DNA of 58,442 bases, counting the filler, from Dirinaria sp. TL-2023a (Eukaryota), in assembly GCA_051941275.1 (NCBI GenBank). It is 6 parts of 6 records of this genome, joined end to end, with 100 filler letters (N's around TTAATTAATTAA, not from the genome) between each part and the next. Parts side by side here need not be neighbours in the genome. Positions count along the whole stretch, not along the records: positions 1 to 9,675 come from JAVEBF010001019.1; positions 9,776 to 19,439 come from JAVEBF010001020.1; 4 more parts are not named here. One strand, written 5' to 3'. Position 1 is the first letter of the stretch, and each line of letters begins with the position of its first letter. The notes under the pieces are model-generated. The model had not been told where the DNA came from. It saw only the letters and a list, made by a program, of their open reading frames with translations, and ran no database searches. Below, piece by piece: positions 1 to 12,570 of the stretch. A program made the position numbers and the translations under genes.

Positions 1-1468
1 CTGAGCATGCCGTGAAGTCTTTCTCAGATTCATCATCGCCAAAATCTTCTTCACCGTCATCATCTGGACTCTGCCTTTCTTCCGGCCCGGAATCGGAATG
101 GCTTTGCGCCCCCAACCAGCGAGCCTGAGAGGCCTCTGAAAGAGTTCGGCCAACGCCCGGCAGCGACTCCCTCACCTCCAAGATGCCTTTTTCGCGGCTT
201 CGGAGTTCCAGTCTCCGCTCAGAATTCTGTCGTGCAGTACCTACAATCTGTTCTAGCAGCGCAGACAATTTGCGGAGCACGTCTTGGCTGCGACTTTCCC
301 ACTCCTGAACCCTTTGACTGACGTCAATCTTTTGGACGTCGTCGAATAGGCCTGCTTCATGATAGGCTAGGATGAAGTTGTGTATCTGCGTCACCCACAG
401 ACGTGGCATCTCTTGGGCGACGACATCTTGATCTTTCTTTCGAAATGACCGAGTCTTGAGCTCCAAAATCGCTGACTGCGGGACTAGTACTCCGCCGTGT
501 TTGATGGCTAAGGAGCCTCTCGGACTGGGAAAGATATGAGAAACGCTGTTCGTTGCAAGCAAAGTTGACAGAGTATCGTAAGATGCGTTTGGCGCAGCAA
601 TATCTGGCAATTTACCCGCCTTGGGGCTCTCCACGCTCTTATCTTTGAGATAACCATCCGCACCAAACCGCACCAGACAGTTGAAGCCATCAAAGTTGTA
701 GTTGATAATCCGTTGATGAGAGACCGATCCTTTTACCTCAGCATCCCAGCTGGTATACGCCTCCGGAAAAGTGTGGCCAAACCCTCGAACGTTGGGAATG
801 AGCTCTGTTGGTGAGTTTTCCCTGCGTTCGAAGAAAACGCTGTCACCAATTGCTTCGACTAGGATCCGAAATTGCTTTTCCTCTCCGCTCACGAAACGGA
901 GAAGATTACTGATGGTACTACTGCACGCGAATATGTCGACAGACGTGGTGGGAAATTCGGGGCACTCTGCAAGGATCGCTCGCACGGCGGGCTCCATCGG
1001 ATGCGTAGGGTATCGCGCAGCATTGGGGTCACGGAAGTACTCGCCATTGTCTTCCTTGAGCTTCTCCGCGATTGTAGGAGGAGTCCAGGCTGGTGGCTGT
1101 CCTGAAGCAACTATTAGCGTCTCATGAGTTTAACTGCAGCACATGCTTTGGTTGATGGACGAGGCCTTGGATGGAACTATACCGGGTACTAGAATTGCCT
1201 TTCCCTCCTTGTCCAGCCAACTGTAGGATGCCAAGGCCTCGCAATCCGTTATGCAGGGAGCATCTTTTTCAGTCTCAGGGAGGGTCTCAAGGTCTTGTTC
1301 GCTGATGATCGTCTTCAGCGAGCCCAAAGGCGGTGACGGGACCCTCTCCGGGACGAAATTTGCTCTTCGGTACGAATTGGATGATTCTGTATTACCTCTC
1401 CACGATCTGGAAGGTCTGCTTCGATAGGCAGCATTCCGGCCTCGTAGAAGACCACGACCATTATACAT
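1..1468 (-). CDS. Rai1/DXO-like PD-(D/E)xK-fold putative nuclease (fungal family often labelled 'geranylgeranyl pyrophosphate synthetase'); 3' end runs off the window
   Basis: ATG at 1468 and a GT-AG intron at 1182-1102. Hand translation of exon 2 is open to position 1: ...VDIFACSSTISNLLRF...GFGHTFPEAYT...SHQRIINYNFDGFNCLVRFGADGY...AILELKTRS...MPRLWVTQIHNFILAYHEAGLF...DFTACS. The motif order resembles DXO/Rai1 motifs II-VI. Exon 2 is absent from the ORF track because it has no stop in the window. Confidence 0.75.
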
Positions 1469-2136
1469 TTTCAATGGGGAAGAGCGAAAATCTGGGTTGC
1501 TGGGTGAAGGCTGAGAAGAATGTGTCTGGAAGACCAGCTCACTTATGTGGCCGGCTATCCTAGAAGTGAAGCGGCACCACGCAGGACATGCAGCAAGGCT
1601 GCCGTGTAACCAGTATTCCGACACGTCAGAGCAACCCCTCTTTACTGACCGATGCTTACCATCACGATACTTGGTAGTCGAGGGAAAAACCGACGACGCA
1701 GTGCAAAGAGTGGAGGACCAAATATAGAGTCGCTATACGCTTGATCGGTAACCACTTGAAGCCGTGTGGCCTTCTTGGTTGTTAGTTTCGTTGCAGAGAG
1801 CTGAAGTCTGATAGCGTCTGTCGGTGAAGCAGGCTCTACATACGAGACCTAGGAGTTCCGGCATTCCTTTGAGGCATTTGTTTGCCTAGTCAAGTCTATG
1901 CTATCATCCGAAATATTTGGTAGGTCGCAGATGCACTACGGATCTGTGCTTGACCACTACAGCTCTCTTCAAGCTCCTATCATCATCTCTATTGAGCCGT
2001 CCAATCTCCGAGGAGTTTGGAAGTCGCCTACATTGACCTATTGAATCGGTACAGTACAGCTTTCTCAATCAATTCGACCAAGCTTCGCCGTACTGCCGCC
2101 TCAAGGAAGGCAGAAATACCTTCAAAACTTGCTACG

Positions 2137-5100
2137 ATGTCTTCCAGCTCCGCAGATGCCGCCCGACTGGCTAGGTTGAGCAAGTTCTATGGGCAAGTGT
2201 TGCCCGGGAGAAGGAGTATCAAAAATGCAGCGGATACAAACTTATTTCTAGAGGCGATCTGCAATGAAAAAGATCATCAGCGCTGCATTGAAAAGCTGGT
2301 GGGCAGCTCACATGCCCTGAATGCTCTTCAATCAGGTCTTAGATTCGATGTTTCGTTGGGCTTCGTCAATAAGAATCTTGCGCCCTTTCTTCATTATTTA
2401 TCGGATCCTGTCGTCAAGGAAGTGTGTAATGGGCAATTCCTGAGGAAGCTTTTGGATATCATTGTGGAGCCACCTACACTTTGGAAAATATTGGTTGCGT
2501 CCGCGAAAGGTAGACTATTAAGCGAAGGGGCCTTGTTGGGTTTTGCGTGGTTACTGTGCGAGCTTGTTCAGATACCTGGATCCACCAGTCCTGAAATTCT
2601 TGAGGACGCGCAACACGCCATAACCGACAAACTGCTGCTTGAGTCCGAATCTCACGCAATCCGCACTTACGGTCACAAGATCCAACACATTCTTCTTACT
2701 AGGTCTGTGGCAGTGCCCCATCAATACGGAATTACCCCTGGCGGTCGCCACGACAACGATTTCGAAGATTTCAGACAGATTGCCATCTTTCCGACAGCGG
2801 ATGAGTTTTTATCTACCGAAAAACCATTCTATCGACGCGCAGATGCAATTAGCGAGGCCGAGCTGGATAATCGCACTGCAATGCATCTTGACAATCAATT
2901 TAGACTCTTGCGTGAAGATATGCTTGCAGAGCTAAGAGAGGACCTTCAGGTGGCGACCGGGAAAAAGAAAGGCAAACGCCCTGCTTCAATTTTAGCGGAC
3001 CTATCTGTGGTAGGGTTATTTCTTGGTGAAGAAAAAAAGCGCCGGCCCGTAGCTCTGGCCGTTACATGCAATTCTGGGCTCGAGCCACTCGTACTTCGCC
3101 CACCAGGCCAACGAAAAATTTTCCTTGGAGACAATCGAAACTTCCTGAAACATCAATCCTTTGGGTGCATTGTCCACGGAGACACAATTGTGGCTTTTGC
3201 GACGTTGGACAGGAATGAAAATGCGTTGCTTAACGATCCGCCGGTTGTTATGCTGCAAATCGCCGGCGATGAGGCACTGAAGCCGGTGCTCTTCGCCTTG
3301 AAGTCGAAAGCCCATCTGCGATTCATACTTGTAGATACAGCCACATTCGCATACGAGCCAATTTTGAAGTGTCTGCAAGAGCGAGTAGATTTACCACTTG
3401 CCAATGAGCTATTGGCGTATGGCTCTATAGGACCAGAGCAAGAAGATTCTTTGATACCTGACTACGTCATGAGGGCCTTTGAACAAAATTGTGACGGAAG
3501 CGTACAGAATGTCTTAGAAACCCCAAAGGCTATAAAGCTCGACCAATCGCAGATGCAGTCTCTCATTGCGGGACTGACTCATTCGCTTAGTCTGATTCAA
3601 GGGCCTCCTGGTGAGTTCTGGGCATTCATGGCTTATAGAGTGACGTGTAACGATTCTAGGCACCGGCAAATCTTTCATCGGCGCATTACTAGCCAAAGCA
3701 TTCCATGATTACACAAAGCAGACTATTCTTGTAATCACCTATACGAACCATGCTCTCGACCAATTCCTTGAAGATTTCCTGGACATTGGCATTCCAGCGA
3801 ACAGTATTGTGCGGCTTGGGTCTAAGTCCACTCCCAGGACTGCCAGTCTTAACCTGTCCGAGCAGAAAGTGTCTCATAAACACTCACAATCTGTCTGGAG
3901 TGCGATTAATTTGCAAGAGTCGGAACTGAATGAACATCAGAATAGCTTAATGAAAGACTTCAATTCCTATAATTCCTTTTCTCCGCGATGGTACGATATA
4001 ATGGAATACCTTGAATTTTCTGAAGAGTACTGTTCTTTCGCGGAGGTCTTGAAAACTCCGGAAGCAGAAGAAGGAATGACCATGGTAGACAGCCGAGGTA
4101 AAAACGTTGGTCCTGGGTATCTTTACGGTCGATGGAGTTCGGGTCTCAATGCTGGCGTGTTTGCAAACAATGTTGCTCCAGAGCACCAGGAGTACTGGTT
4201 AATGAACAAACCTTCCCGCCAGACTTGCATTGATAAATGGACCCGGGAACTCCTTCAAGAAGAAATCGCAAACGTCTGTGGGTCAATACAGCGCTTCAAC
4301 AAGTGTCAGCGACAACTAGACGAAGCTCGAGGCGAAAGATCCCGGGCAATTCTCAAACAAAAAAGAGTAATTGGATGTACAACCACGGCGGCTGCTAAGT
4401 ATGTCAGGGATCTTCGGAGTTCCTCGCCGGGGGTAATCATAGTGGAGGAAGCTGGTGAGATCCTGGAATCCCATATACTCTCTGCATTGTCAGCAGAGAC
4501 CAAGAGACTAGTACTCATTGGTGACCACAAACAATTAAGGCCCAAGGTCAACAACTACGCCTTGACGGTGGAGAAAGGTGATGGTTATGATTTGAACAGA
4601 TCACTTTTCGAGCGGCTAGTCCTCGGAGGGCATCAGCACATGACTCTTAATAGGCAGCACCGCATGTCTCCTGAAATCTCATGTTTGGTGAGGCATCTCA
4701 CCTATCCTGATCTATTGGACGCCCCGAAAACCTTGGAGCGACTACAGCCCCGGGGTTTACAAAGCCGAGTCACATTTTTCAACCATGATCAACCGGAGGC
4801 GAATTTCGAGCGAATCGCTGATCGCCGCGACGAAGGCGCGAAAGCTAGCAAGCGAAATATATTCGAGGCTGATTTGGTCTTGAAGATAGTACGATATATG
4901 GCACAACAAGGATACGGAACAGACAAGCTAGTCGTACTCACCCCTTACCTGGGCCAACTGCACCTTCTTAGAGATCAATTGAGCAAGGACAACGATCCAA
5001 TCCTGAATGACCTTGATTCGTTCGATCTTGTCCGTGCCGGTCTACTCTCACAAGCCAGCGCAAAACTCTCTCAGCGTCCGCTACGATTATCTACCATTGG

Positions 5101-8100
5101 TAAGTAGGACGTTCGGCCTTTGCAACAGCAGCCTATCTCTGCATATTATATGCTCCGTTTCTACTTTAAACATGCTGACGCGCCGTAGATAATTATCAAG
5201 GCGAAGAGAGCGATATCGTGATTGCGTCCCTTACGCGCAGCAACAGCATTGGGGAGATTGGCTTCATGGCCGCCCCAGAGAGATTGAATGTTCTTCTGTC
5301 TAGGGCTCGCATAGCACTTATAATGATTGGAAATGCAGAGACCTTTATTAAGGGCCGAAGAGGCAAAGAGACTTGGACACCTCTGTTCAATAAGCTCAAA
5401 GAAAATCAGCAGCTCCATGACGGCCTACCAGTGAAATGCGAACAGCACCCACAAAAGCTAGCCCTCCTGCGAAAAGCGGAAGATTTTGACACAGAATGTC
5501 CAGATGGAGGTTGCGCCGAGCCTTGGTAAGTGTCCTTGTGCGAATTGTTTCTGACATAATTGTTGACCCGCGAAGTGGAGCAAAGCTTAGCTGTGGCATT
5601 CATGTTTGTCCGCAACGATGCCATCAACTTTTCGATCACTCGAAGATGGAATGCCATATCATGGTGGAGTCAACTTGCTCCAGGATGCATCGTTCGTCTC
5701 GACCTTGCTTTAAACAAGAACTGACCTGCCGAAAATGCGAAGCTGAGGACCGTGAAAAGGAAAGGAAGAAGCAGAGGGACCACCAGCTTGATATTGCACG
5801 TGAGATGAAACAGAAGCAGTATGCACAGGAGCTGCAAGACCTCCAAGACCAAATGGAGCAGGAGCGACGCGTTCTGCGGGAACGAGCCGAACAAACTGAC
5901 CAAGAAAATGTCCTTCGACAGCATCGGCAAGATCTTGAAAACATTAGGCGGTTAGCGCGGGGTTCGCAGAAAACACAGGATATCCAGGGACCCGTACCTG
6001 CCAGTGCAAAAGTCTCCAGCGCTAGCAACCCCCGTCCTGTGGGTCATACTCCGGGGCAACGGAAAGAACCCTCACAACAGGGTGCAGAGGACCTTGATCT
6101 ACAGAAGTCGGGTGCTCGTGAAGAGTGGTTGTACCAGAAAACGCTCGAGGGTACACAAAACGAGGAACTCGATAGTCTAATGGAGATGATCGGCCTTGAG
6201 GAGGTCAAATCAAAGTTTCTGACCATCAAATCAAAAATTGATACCGCTATCCGTCAAAATATCGACACGAAAGGTGAAAGGCTTGGCGCAACTCTGCTGG
6301 GCAACCCGGGCACAGGTACGCGAAAGTTCTCTTGAAGACAATCTCGCCTGTAGAGCTAACCTTCCATAGGCAAGACTACCGTTGCGCGAATATATGCGAA
6401 ATTCCTAACCTCGGTTGGTGCTCTACCTGGAAGTTTTTTCGTTGAGTCTACCGGATCGCGAATTGCGAATGACGGGATCGCTGGCTGCAAAAAGCACATA
6501 GAAAATATCTTGAACAATGGCGGAGGCGTTTTATTCATTGATGAGGCATATCAACTCACCTCTGCGCAAAACATTGGTGGTGGCCAGGTCCTCGATTTTC
6601 TCCTCGCAGAAGTAGAGAACTTAATCGGCAAAGTAGTCTTTGTCCTCGCCGGCTATAATAAGCAGATGGAGACATTCTTCGCCCACAATCCTGGTCTACC
6701 GAGCCGATTCCCTCATGAGATACAATTCAAAGATTATACTGATGATGAGTTACTTGAGATCTTGGTCCAAAAGATCAGCAAAAAGTACAGTGGAAGGATG
6801 GAGCTAGAAGACGGAATTAGGGGCTTGTATGCTCGCATCGTATCTCGTAGGGTCGGTTATAGCAGAGGTCGTGAAGGATTTGGCAATGCACGAGCTGTGG
6901 AGAACGTCTGCTCGCAAATCGCAGAGAGGCAAGCGAGCCGAATCCGACGTGAAAGGAGAGCCGGAATCGCGGCGAATGATATGCTCTTCACAAAAGAAGA
7001 CTTGATTGGCCCTGAACCTTCCGAAGCACTCAAAGGCTGCAAGCCTTGGACCGAGTTGAAGAATCTCATTGGTCTCAGCGCTGTGAAGGAGTCAGTACAA
7101 GCACTCGTCGCGAGTATTGAGTTCAATTATGAACGAGAGCTTGAAGAGCAACCTCTCGTAGAATATACACTCAACAAGGTATTCCTTGGTTCTCCGGGTA
7201 CCGGAAAGACCTCTGTTGCGAAGCTTTATGGACGTATACTCGCTCATATTGGTCTTCTTACTAACGGCGAAGGTTTGGAACTCGAGAATCCGCTCTGCAA
7301 AGAATGAAAGCTAATTCAATTAGTGGTAGTCAAGAATCCTGCAGACTTTGTTGGGAGTGTACTAGGTGCATCGGAGCAGAATACCAAAGGTATTCTGGCG
7401 GCCACAATGGGAAAGGTCCTTGTCATAGATGAAGCATATGGGCTTTTTGGCGGCGCGGGGGATGGAGGCGGCTCGCGATCAGATCCATACAAACAGGCAG
7501 TCATAGACACTATTGGTAAGTGACATTTTACTCTTTATTGTTATCTTCCATTCCGCTTGGATGCGCAAGATTGGATCTTGAGTGCTTTTCGACCAAAGAC
7601 GTTCCACGCTCGAGAAAGTATGCTGACTTGGTTATTTAAAAGTTGCCGAAGTACAAAGCACGCCTGGAGAAGATCGGTGTGTGCTCTTGCTGGGATACAA
7701 GGATCAAATGGAAGAAATGTTTCAAAAAGTGAATCCTGGACTGAGTCGCAGATTTCCACTCGACTCTGCATTCGTTTTCGAAGACTTTACAGACGAGGAG
7801 CTAGGAAAGATTCTGGACCTCAAATTGAAACAACAAGGATTTGAAACTACCGATCAAGGTAGAAAAGTGGCTCTTGAAGTCCTACGTCGAGCCCGCAACC
7901 GTCCGCATTTTGGTAACGCAGGCGAGATCGACATCATGCTCAATGCAGCGAAGGCCCGTCACCAGCAGCATAGAGGAAGAGCTGGTAAGGCCAGGAGCGC
8001 GGCCATCCTCGAAGCTCGACATTTTGACGAAGATTTCGACCGAGGGGAACGTGCTGAGACAAATATACGCGTTTTGTTCAAAGGCACGGTCGGCTGTGAG

Positions 8101-9599
8101 GAGATCATCTCCCAGCTTGAGGGCTACCAACACATAACAAAAAATATGAAAAGACTGGGCATCGATCCTCGAGAACAGTTACCTTTCAACTTTCTTTTCC
8201 GCGGGCCTCCAGGTAAGTGAAAGCTGATGTCTATTGTCGAAATTCGCTGATTGTTCAAGGGACCGGAAAAACCACTACGGCAAGGAAAATGGGCAAAGTG
8301 TACTATGACATGGGATTCCTAGCAACGGCAGAAGTGGTTGAAGGCTCTGCTACAGATCTGGTGGGCCAATACGTGGGTCAAACAGGCCCCAAGGCCCAAA
8401 AGCTCCTGGAGAAAGCCCTCGGAAAAGTACTTTTCATCGATGAAGCCTACCGACTTGCCGAGGGTTCTTTCGCGAAGGAGGCTATGGACGAAATAGTGGA
8501 CTGCATCACTAAACCCAGGTTCGATAAGAAGCTCATCATCATCCTTGCTGGCTATGAAGCGGACATAAACCGGCTCATGTCGATGAATCCGGGCCTCACG
8601 AGTCGGTTCCCAGAATCTGTACAATTTCGAGCGCTGAAACCGGAAGAGTGCAAGGATCTTCTGACTGAGCTATTTGAAGGGCACAAACGAAATTTACTTC
8701 GAAAGCGAAGTGACCTGGACATCACAGTGCTGCAGTCGCCTGATACCGAGTTCTCGGCGAAGCTGCAAGATCGCTTTCAAATGCTTTCCATGCTACCCAA
8801 TTGGGCCAATGCTCGCGACATTCAAACCATTGCCAAGAACATCTTCGGCAAACTACTCAAGTCGGCCACTGAGTCTTCAAACGAACTGCATCTCGAAGAA
8901 GCTACCATCCTAGCGCAACTGGACTCAATGATCGCCGAGAGAGCGAACAGGGGCAGTTCAGCCACTTCAGACCCCATAACCAGGCCAACTCCAAGACCCG
9001 AAGTATTTCCCCCTCAATTTGCCAATCCTCCAGCGCCATCCATAACAACAGCAGCGTCGTCGATAACTCACCAAAATCCTACCGAAGCTGAGCCGAGCCG
9101 TGATGAAACAAACGCTGCAGAACCCCCATGCAATGATGTGACCCGCGACGTCGGAGTGACGCAGGAGATATGGGAGCGCCTTCAACAAGATAAACTCGCC
9201 GCCGAGGCGAAAGAAAATGAATACCAGCGCCTGATGGAGGAAGAAGCCGCTCTCGCGAGAGCAATAGCAGACTCCGACGCCGCTGCCGCCGCCGTTCCAG
9301 AGCAGCAGCAGCAGAAAGCACCAGCCACCCAGACCGAGCAAGACCTAGAAGCGAAACGCCACCACGAAGAAGCGCGGCTGAAGCACGAATTCGAAAGACG
9401 GGTCTCCGAGAAGCGGCTTGAGATCCTGCGTCAGAAGAAGGCGCGCGAGGAAGCGCAGCGCCAAAAAGAACGGCAAGCCCAGACGAAGCTGAGAGAGATG
9501 GGAGTATGTGTCGCGGGTTTCAGGTGGATCAAGCAGGCGGGCGGGTATCGCTGTGCGGGGGGCTCGCATTATGTATCTGATGCGCAGCTTGGGATTTGA
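2137..9599 (+). CDS. ZNFX1/Hrr1-type SF1 (Upf1-like) helicase fused to a short NF-X1-like Cys region, a coiled coil, three CbbX/SpoVK-type AAA+ ATPase modules and a C-terminal Cys/His motif (~2300 aa)
   Basis: ATG 2137. Inferred introns 3611-3659, 5100-5188, 5526-5575, 6316-6369, 7273-7323, 7516-7642 and 8213-8259 restore one frame. Helicase motifs: GGRHDNDFEDFRQIAIFPT, QFRLLRED, GPPGTGKS, VEEAGE, GDHKQLRP, SLFERL, QHRM, IDNYQGEE, RLNVLLSRAR. Three AAA repeats each have GxPGTGKT, hhhDEAY, NPGLxxRF and (G/A)NA(R/G). The C-terminus is CVAGFRWIKQAGGYRCAGGSH. Confidence 0.9.
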
Positions 9600-9675
9600 T
9601 AGATGTAGGAAGCTAGTGGGGAGGGGGGGTTTTAGATGGGTTGCCTGGTTTTTTCGGGTGGGATATATATAATGT

Positions 9676-9775
9676 NNNNNNNNNNNNNNNNNNNNNNNNN
9701 NNNNNNNNNNNNNNNNNNNTTAATTAATTAANNNNNNNNNNNNNNNNNNNNNNNNNNNNNNNNNNNNNNNNNNNN
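9676..9775. other. Artificial contig-joining linker (N44-TTAATTAATTAA-N44)
   Basis: 100-bp N run with a six-frame stop 12-mer in the middle. Confidence 0.97.
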
Positions 9776-11428
9776 CCCACGCTCAAACCTCCCATGCACA
9801 AGGCGCCCAACCCACTCTCGCTTCTACGGTTGCTTAATCTGCGCCAATGGCTATTCTTTCTTGTCGCCTTCCTCGCTTGGTCGTGGGACGCATTTGATTT
9901 CTTCACGTAAGGCTCCGCGAAGCAAGCGAGCGAATTCTACTCACACTGCTAGCGTGTCTTTGACGACGGAGCAGCTTGCGGAGCAGTTTGATAAGTCGGT
10001 GGCGCAAATTACTTGGGGTATTACCTTGGTGCTCATGTTCCGATCAGTTGGCAGTGTCGTTTTTGGTATTGCTGCTGATCGCTGGGGTAAGTCAATGTTG
10101 GTCCTATAACATCAAAATAACGTTCATCTTTGCCTGTAGGACGTAAATGGCCATTCGTAGTCAACAACATACTTTTCATTGTCCTTGAGCTTGGCACCGG
10201 CTTTTGCAATACTTACAAACAGTTCCTAGCTTGCCGTGCACTCTTCGGCATTGCGATGGGTGGTCTTTATGGCAACGCTGCAGCCACTGCGCTCGAGGAC
10301 TGCCCCGAGCAGGCCAGAGGTATTATCAGCGGTATGCTTCAACAGGGTTATGCTTTTGGCTATCTTCTAGCTACCGTTTTTTCTCGTGGACTTGTCGACA
10401 CCACCTCTCATGGGTGGCGGCCTCTGTACTGGTTCGGTGCTTGCCCTCCTGTTTTGATCATAATTTTCCGTCTGTGTCTGCCAGAAACAAATTCGTATAT
10501 CGAGCGAGCAGCTGCACGCAGAGCGAAAGGAAATGTTGCCGGCACGTTCATTGCAGAGGGCAAAGTAGCGCTGAGAAGGCATTGGCTACTACTGATATAT
10601 TTGGTTCTCCTCATGGCTGGTTTCAATTTCATGGTCTGTCGGGACGCCGTGCATCGTATTCTCATCCGGCTGACACAAAAATAGTCCCACGGTTCTCAAG
10701 ATCTTTACCCTACAATGCTAAAGAACCAGTACAACTTCTCCGCGAACGCGGTCACTGTGACCCAAGTAGTTGCGAATCTCGGTGCCATGGCTGGTGGCAC
10801 AACTGTTGGCTACAGTAAGCAGGACAAAGTTCGACATGGTCGTATTCCCATTGACATCATCGCAGCCTCCCAGATATTCGGCCGACGCTTCTCGATCATT
10901 GTGACCTCTTTTATCGGCGGTGTCTTGCTCTACCCGTATTCGTTCACAAGTAGCCATTCCGTCATGGCTGCCGCATTCTTCGAGCAGTTCTGCGTTCAAG
11001 GAGCCTGGGGTGTTATTCCAATCCATCTGATGGAGCTCTCACCTGGGAGTTTCAGGACCTTTGTAGTAGGCACAAGCTATCAGCTTGGCAATCTTGCTTC
11101 TTCCGCTTCCTCGACTATTGAATCTACAATCGGAGAGCGTTTTCCGCTGCCGCCGAAGGGGAAAGTCAAGAGATATGGGTACGGCAAGGTCATTTGTATC
11201 TTCATGGCCTGCGTATTCGTGTACGTGATTATCCTTGCTTTGGTGGGGCCGGAGAGGCTGGGCCGGAAGTTCGATGTCGCACATGACAGTGATATGACTG
11301 AAGCGGCGGGGAGGGATGCGGTAGCTGCGGCAGCACATGAAAGAGGAGCATTGGGAAAGGCAGATAGGGACTCCTGCGAAGATGAGAAGGGGAATTCGAC
11401 AAGGACAGCGGTTGAGGTTCATGCTTGA
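9776..11428 (+). CDS. JEN1: MFS carboxylate transporter, Jen1/sialate:H+ symporter family; 5' end truncated by the contig edge
   Basis: Multi-exon ORF: WDAFDFFT...ITWGITLVLMFRSVG...ADRWGRKWP...GIAMGGLYGNAAATALED...SGMLQQGY...SHGSQDLYPT...QGAWGVIPIHLMELSP...YQLGNL. Confidence 0.88.
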
Positions 11429-12570
11429 GGCTAGTTTGGTAAAGTCTGCTTTGTTCGTCTTGGCTTTCCGGGACTTTCGGATGCACCAGCGTCTTTGATA
11501 TCAGAAAAAAAATTGATTACGATCGAGACTCGATATTTTCAAGATGTCAAGATATTTTTAAATGTGGTTTTAGTACGTTCTACTACCTTATACTGAGGAT
11601 GTTATCATACATAGGTACAGTACCTCCTACCGAAACATGGAGCAAATATCAGCTTCTTTTGAGTCAGTGGGTACCTTAGCATTCTTCCACCGAAAAGGAA
11701 CACGAAACCAAGCGCACAGCTGACCATCAAGGATACCTCACTATGAGGATGAAAATGATTAATGCCACCACAATTGGCACTCGCTCGTTCCGAAATCATC
11801 GTTTTGCATCCTGGACTAAGGTAGATAAATGAGAACACACGACAGTATTCGAGCATAATAAACAGAGGTAAGTAGGTTAAGTAGCAACATGCACATCCAA
11901 CATCCTATTCCACCAAAATCGGCTCCCCTCTCTTTTTCGGGAAAGATACTTTACTTCGCATCTCGATGTATATACATACATTAGTCAGCATACACCTGGG
12001 ATCAGTAGAGATATAAGGTATGACTTGACGGGCGTGAGAAGTCTTTGAGGAAGATGTCGATTATAGCCGCAATAAGAATAAGAGATATTCTCCAATCATC
12101 TTCCATCGGACATGTGAAAGTGCCGAGGAATAGGTACAATACACATTAATGGCGCGAGGTTTGCTGCTGTGGATTCTAATGTTGTGTTGAGTCGCTCTGT
12201 TTATGACTTCCCCTGCCTGCCGCACAGTACCCTATACCTGGCTACCTTATAACGCTTTGACGGTTGAGCGATTTGACGGTATGTACGTGTACCTTACCTA
12301 TACTGAGGCAGGCGAAGGGGAAACCCCAATCTTTGCTCACCTCAGTTAACAAGTGCCTTAGTAATAATATCATTTACCGCTAGCGATTGAAGAAGTACAA
12401 TATTACCAATTTTTATTACAGCCTCGGCATCTCGAAGATGCGAAACTCGTGAACATTGAGAGAACCCCCCTTCTGTCAGCTTCAGACTCAACTTCTTCTC
12501 CTTCTTTGCTACACTCACCTCCATTTTGCTCCTGTGAAAAACTATTACTGCACCAGTATTTTCGGACCTA

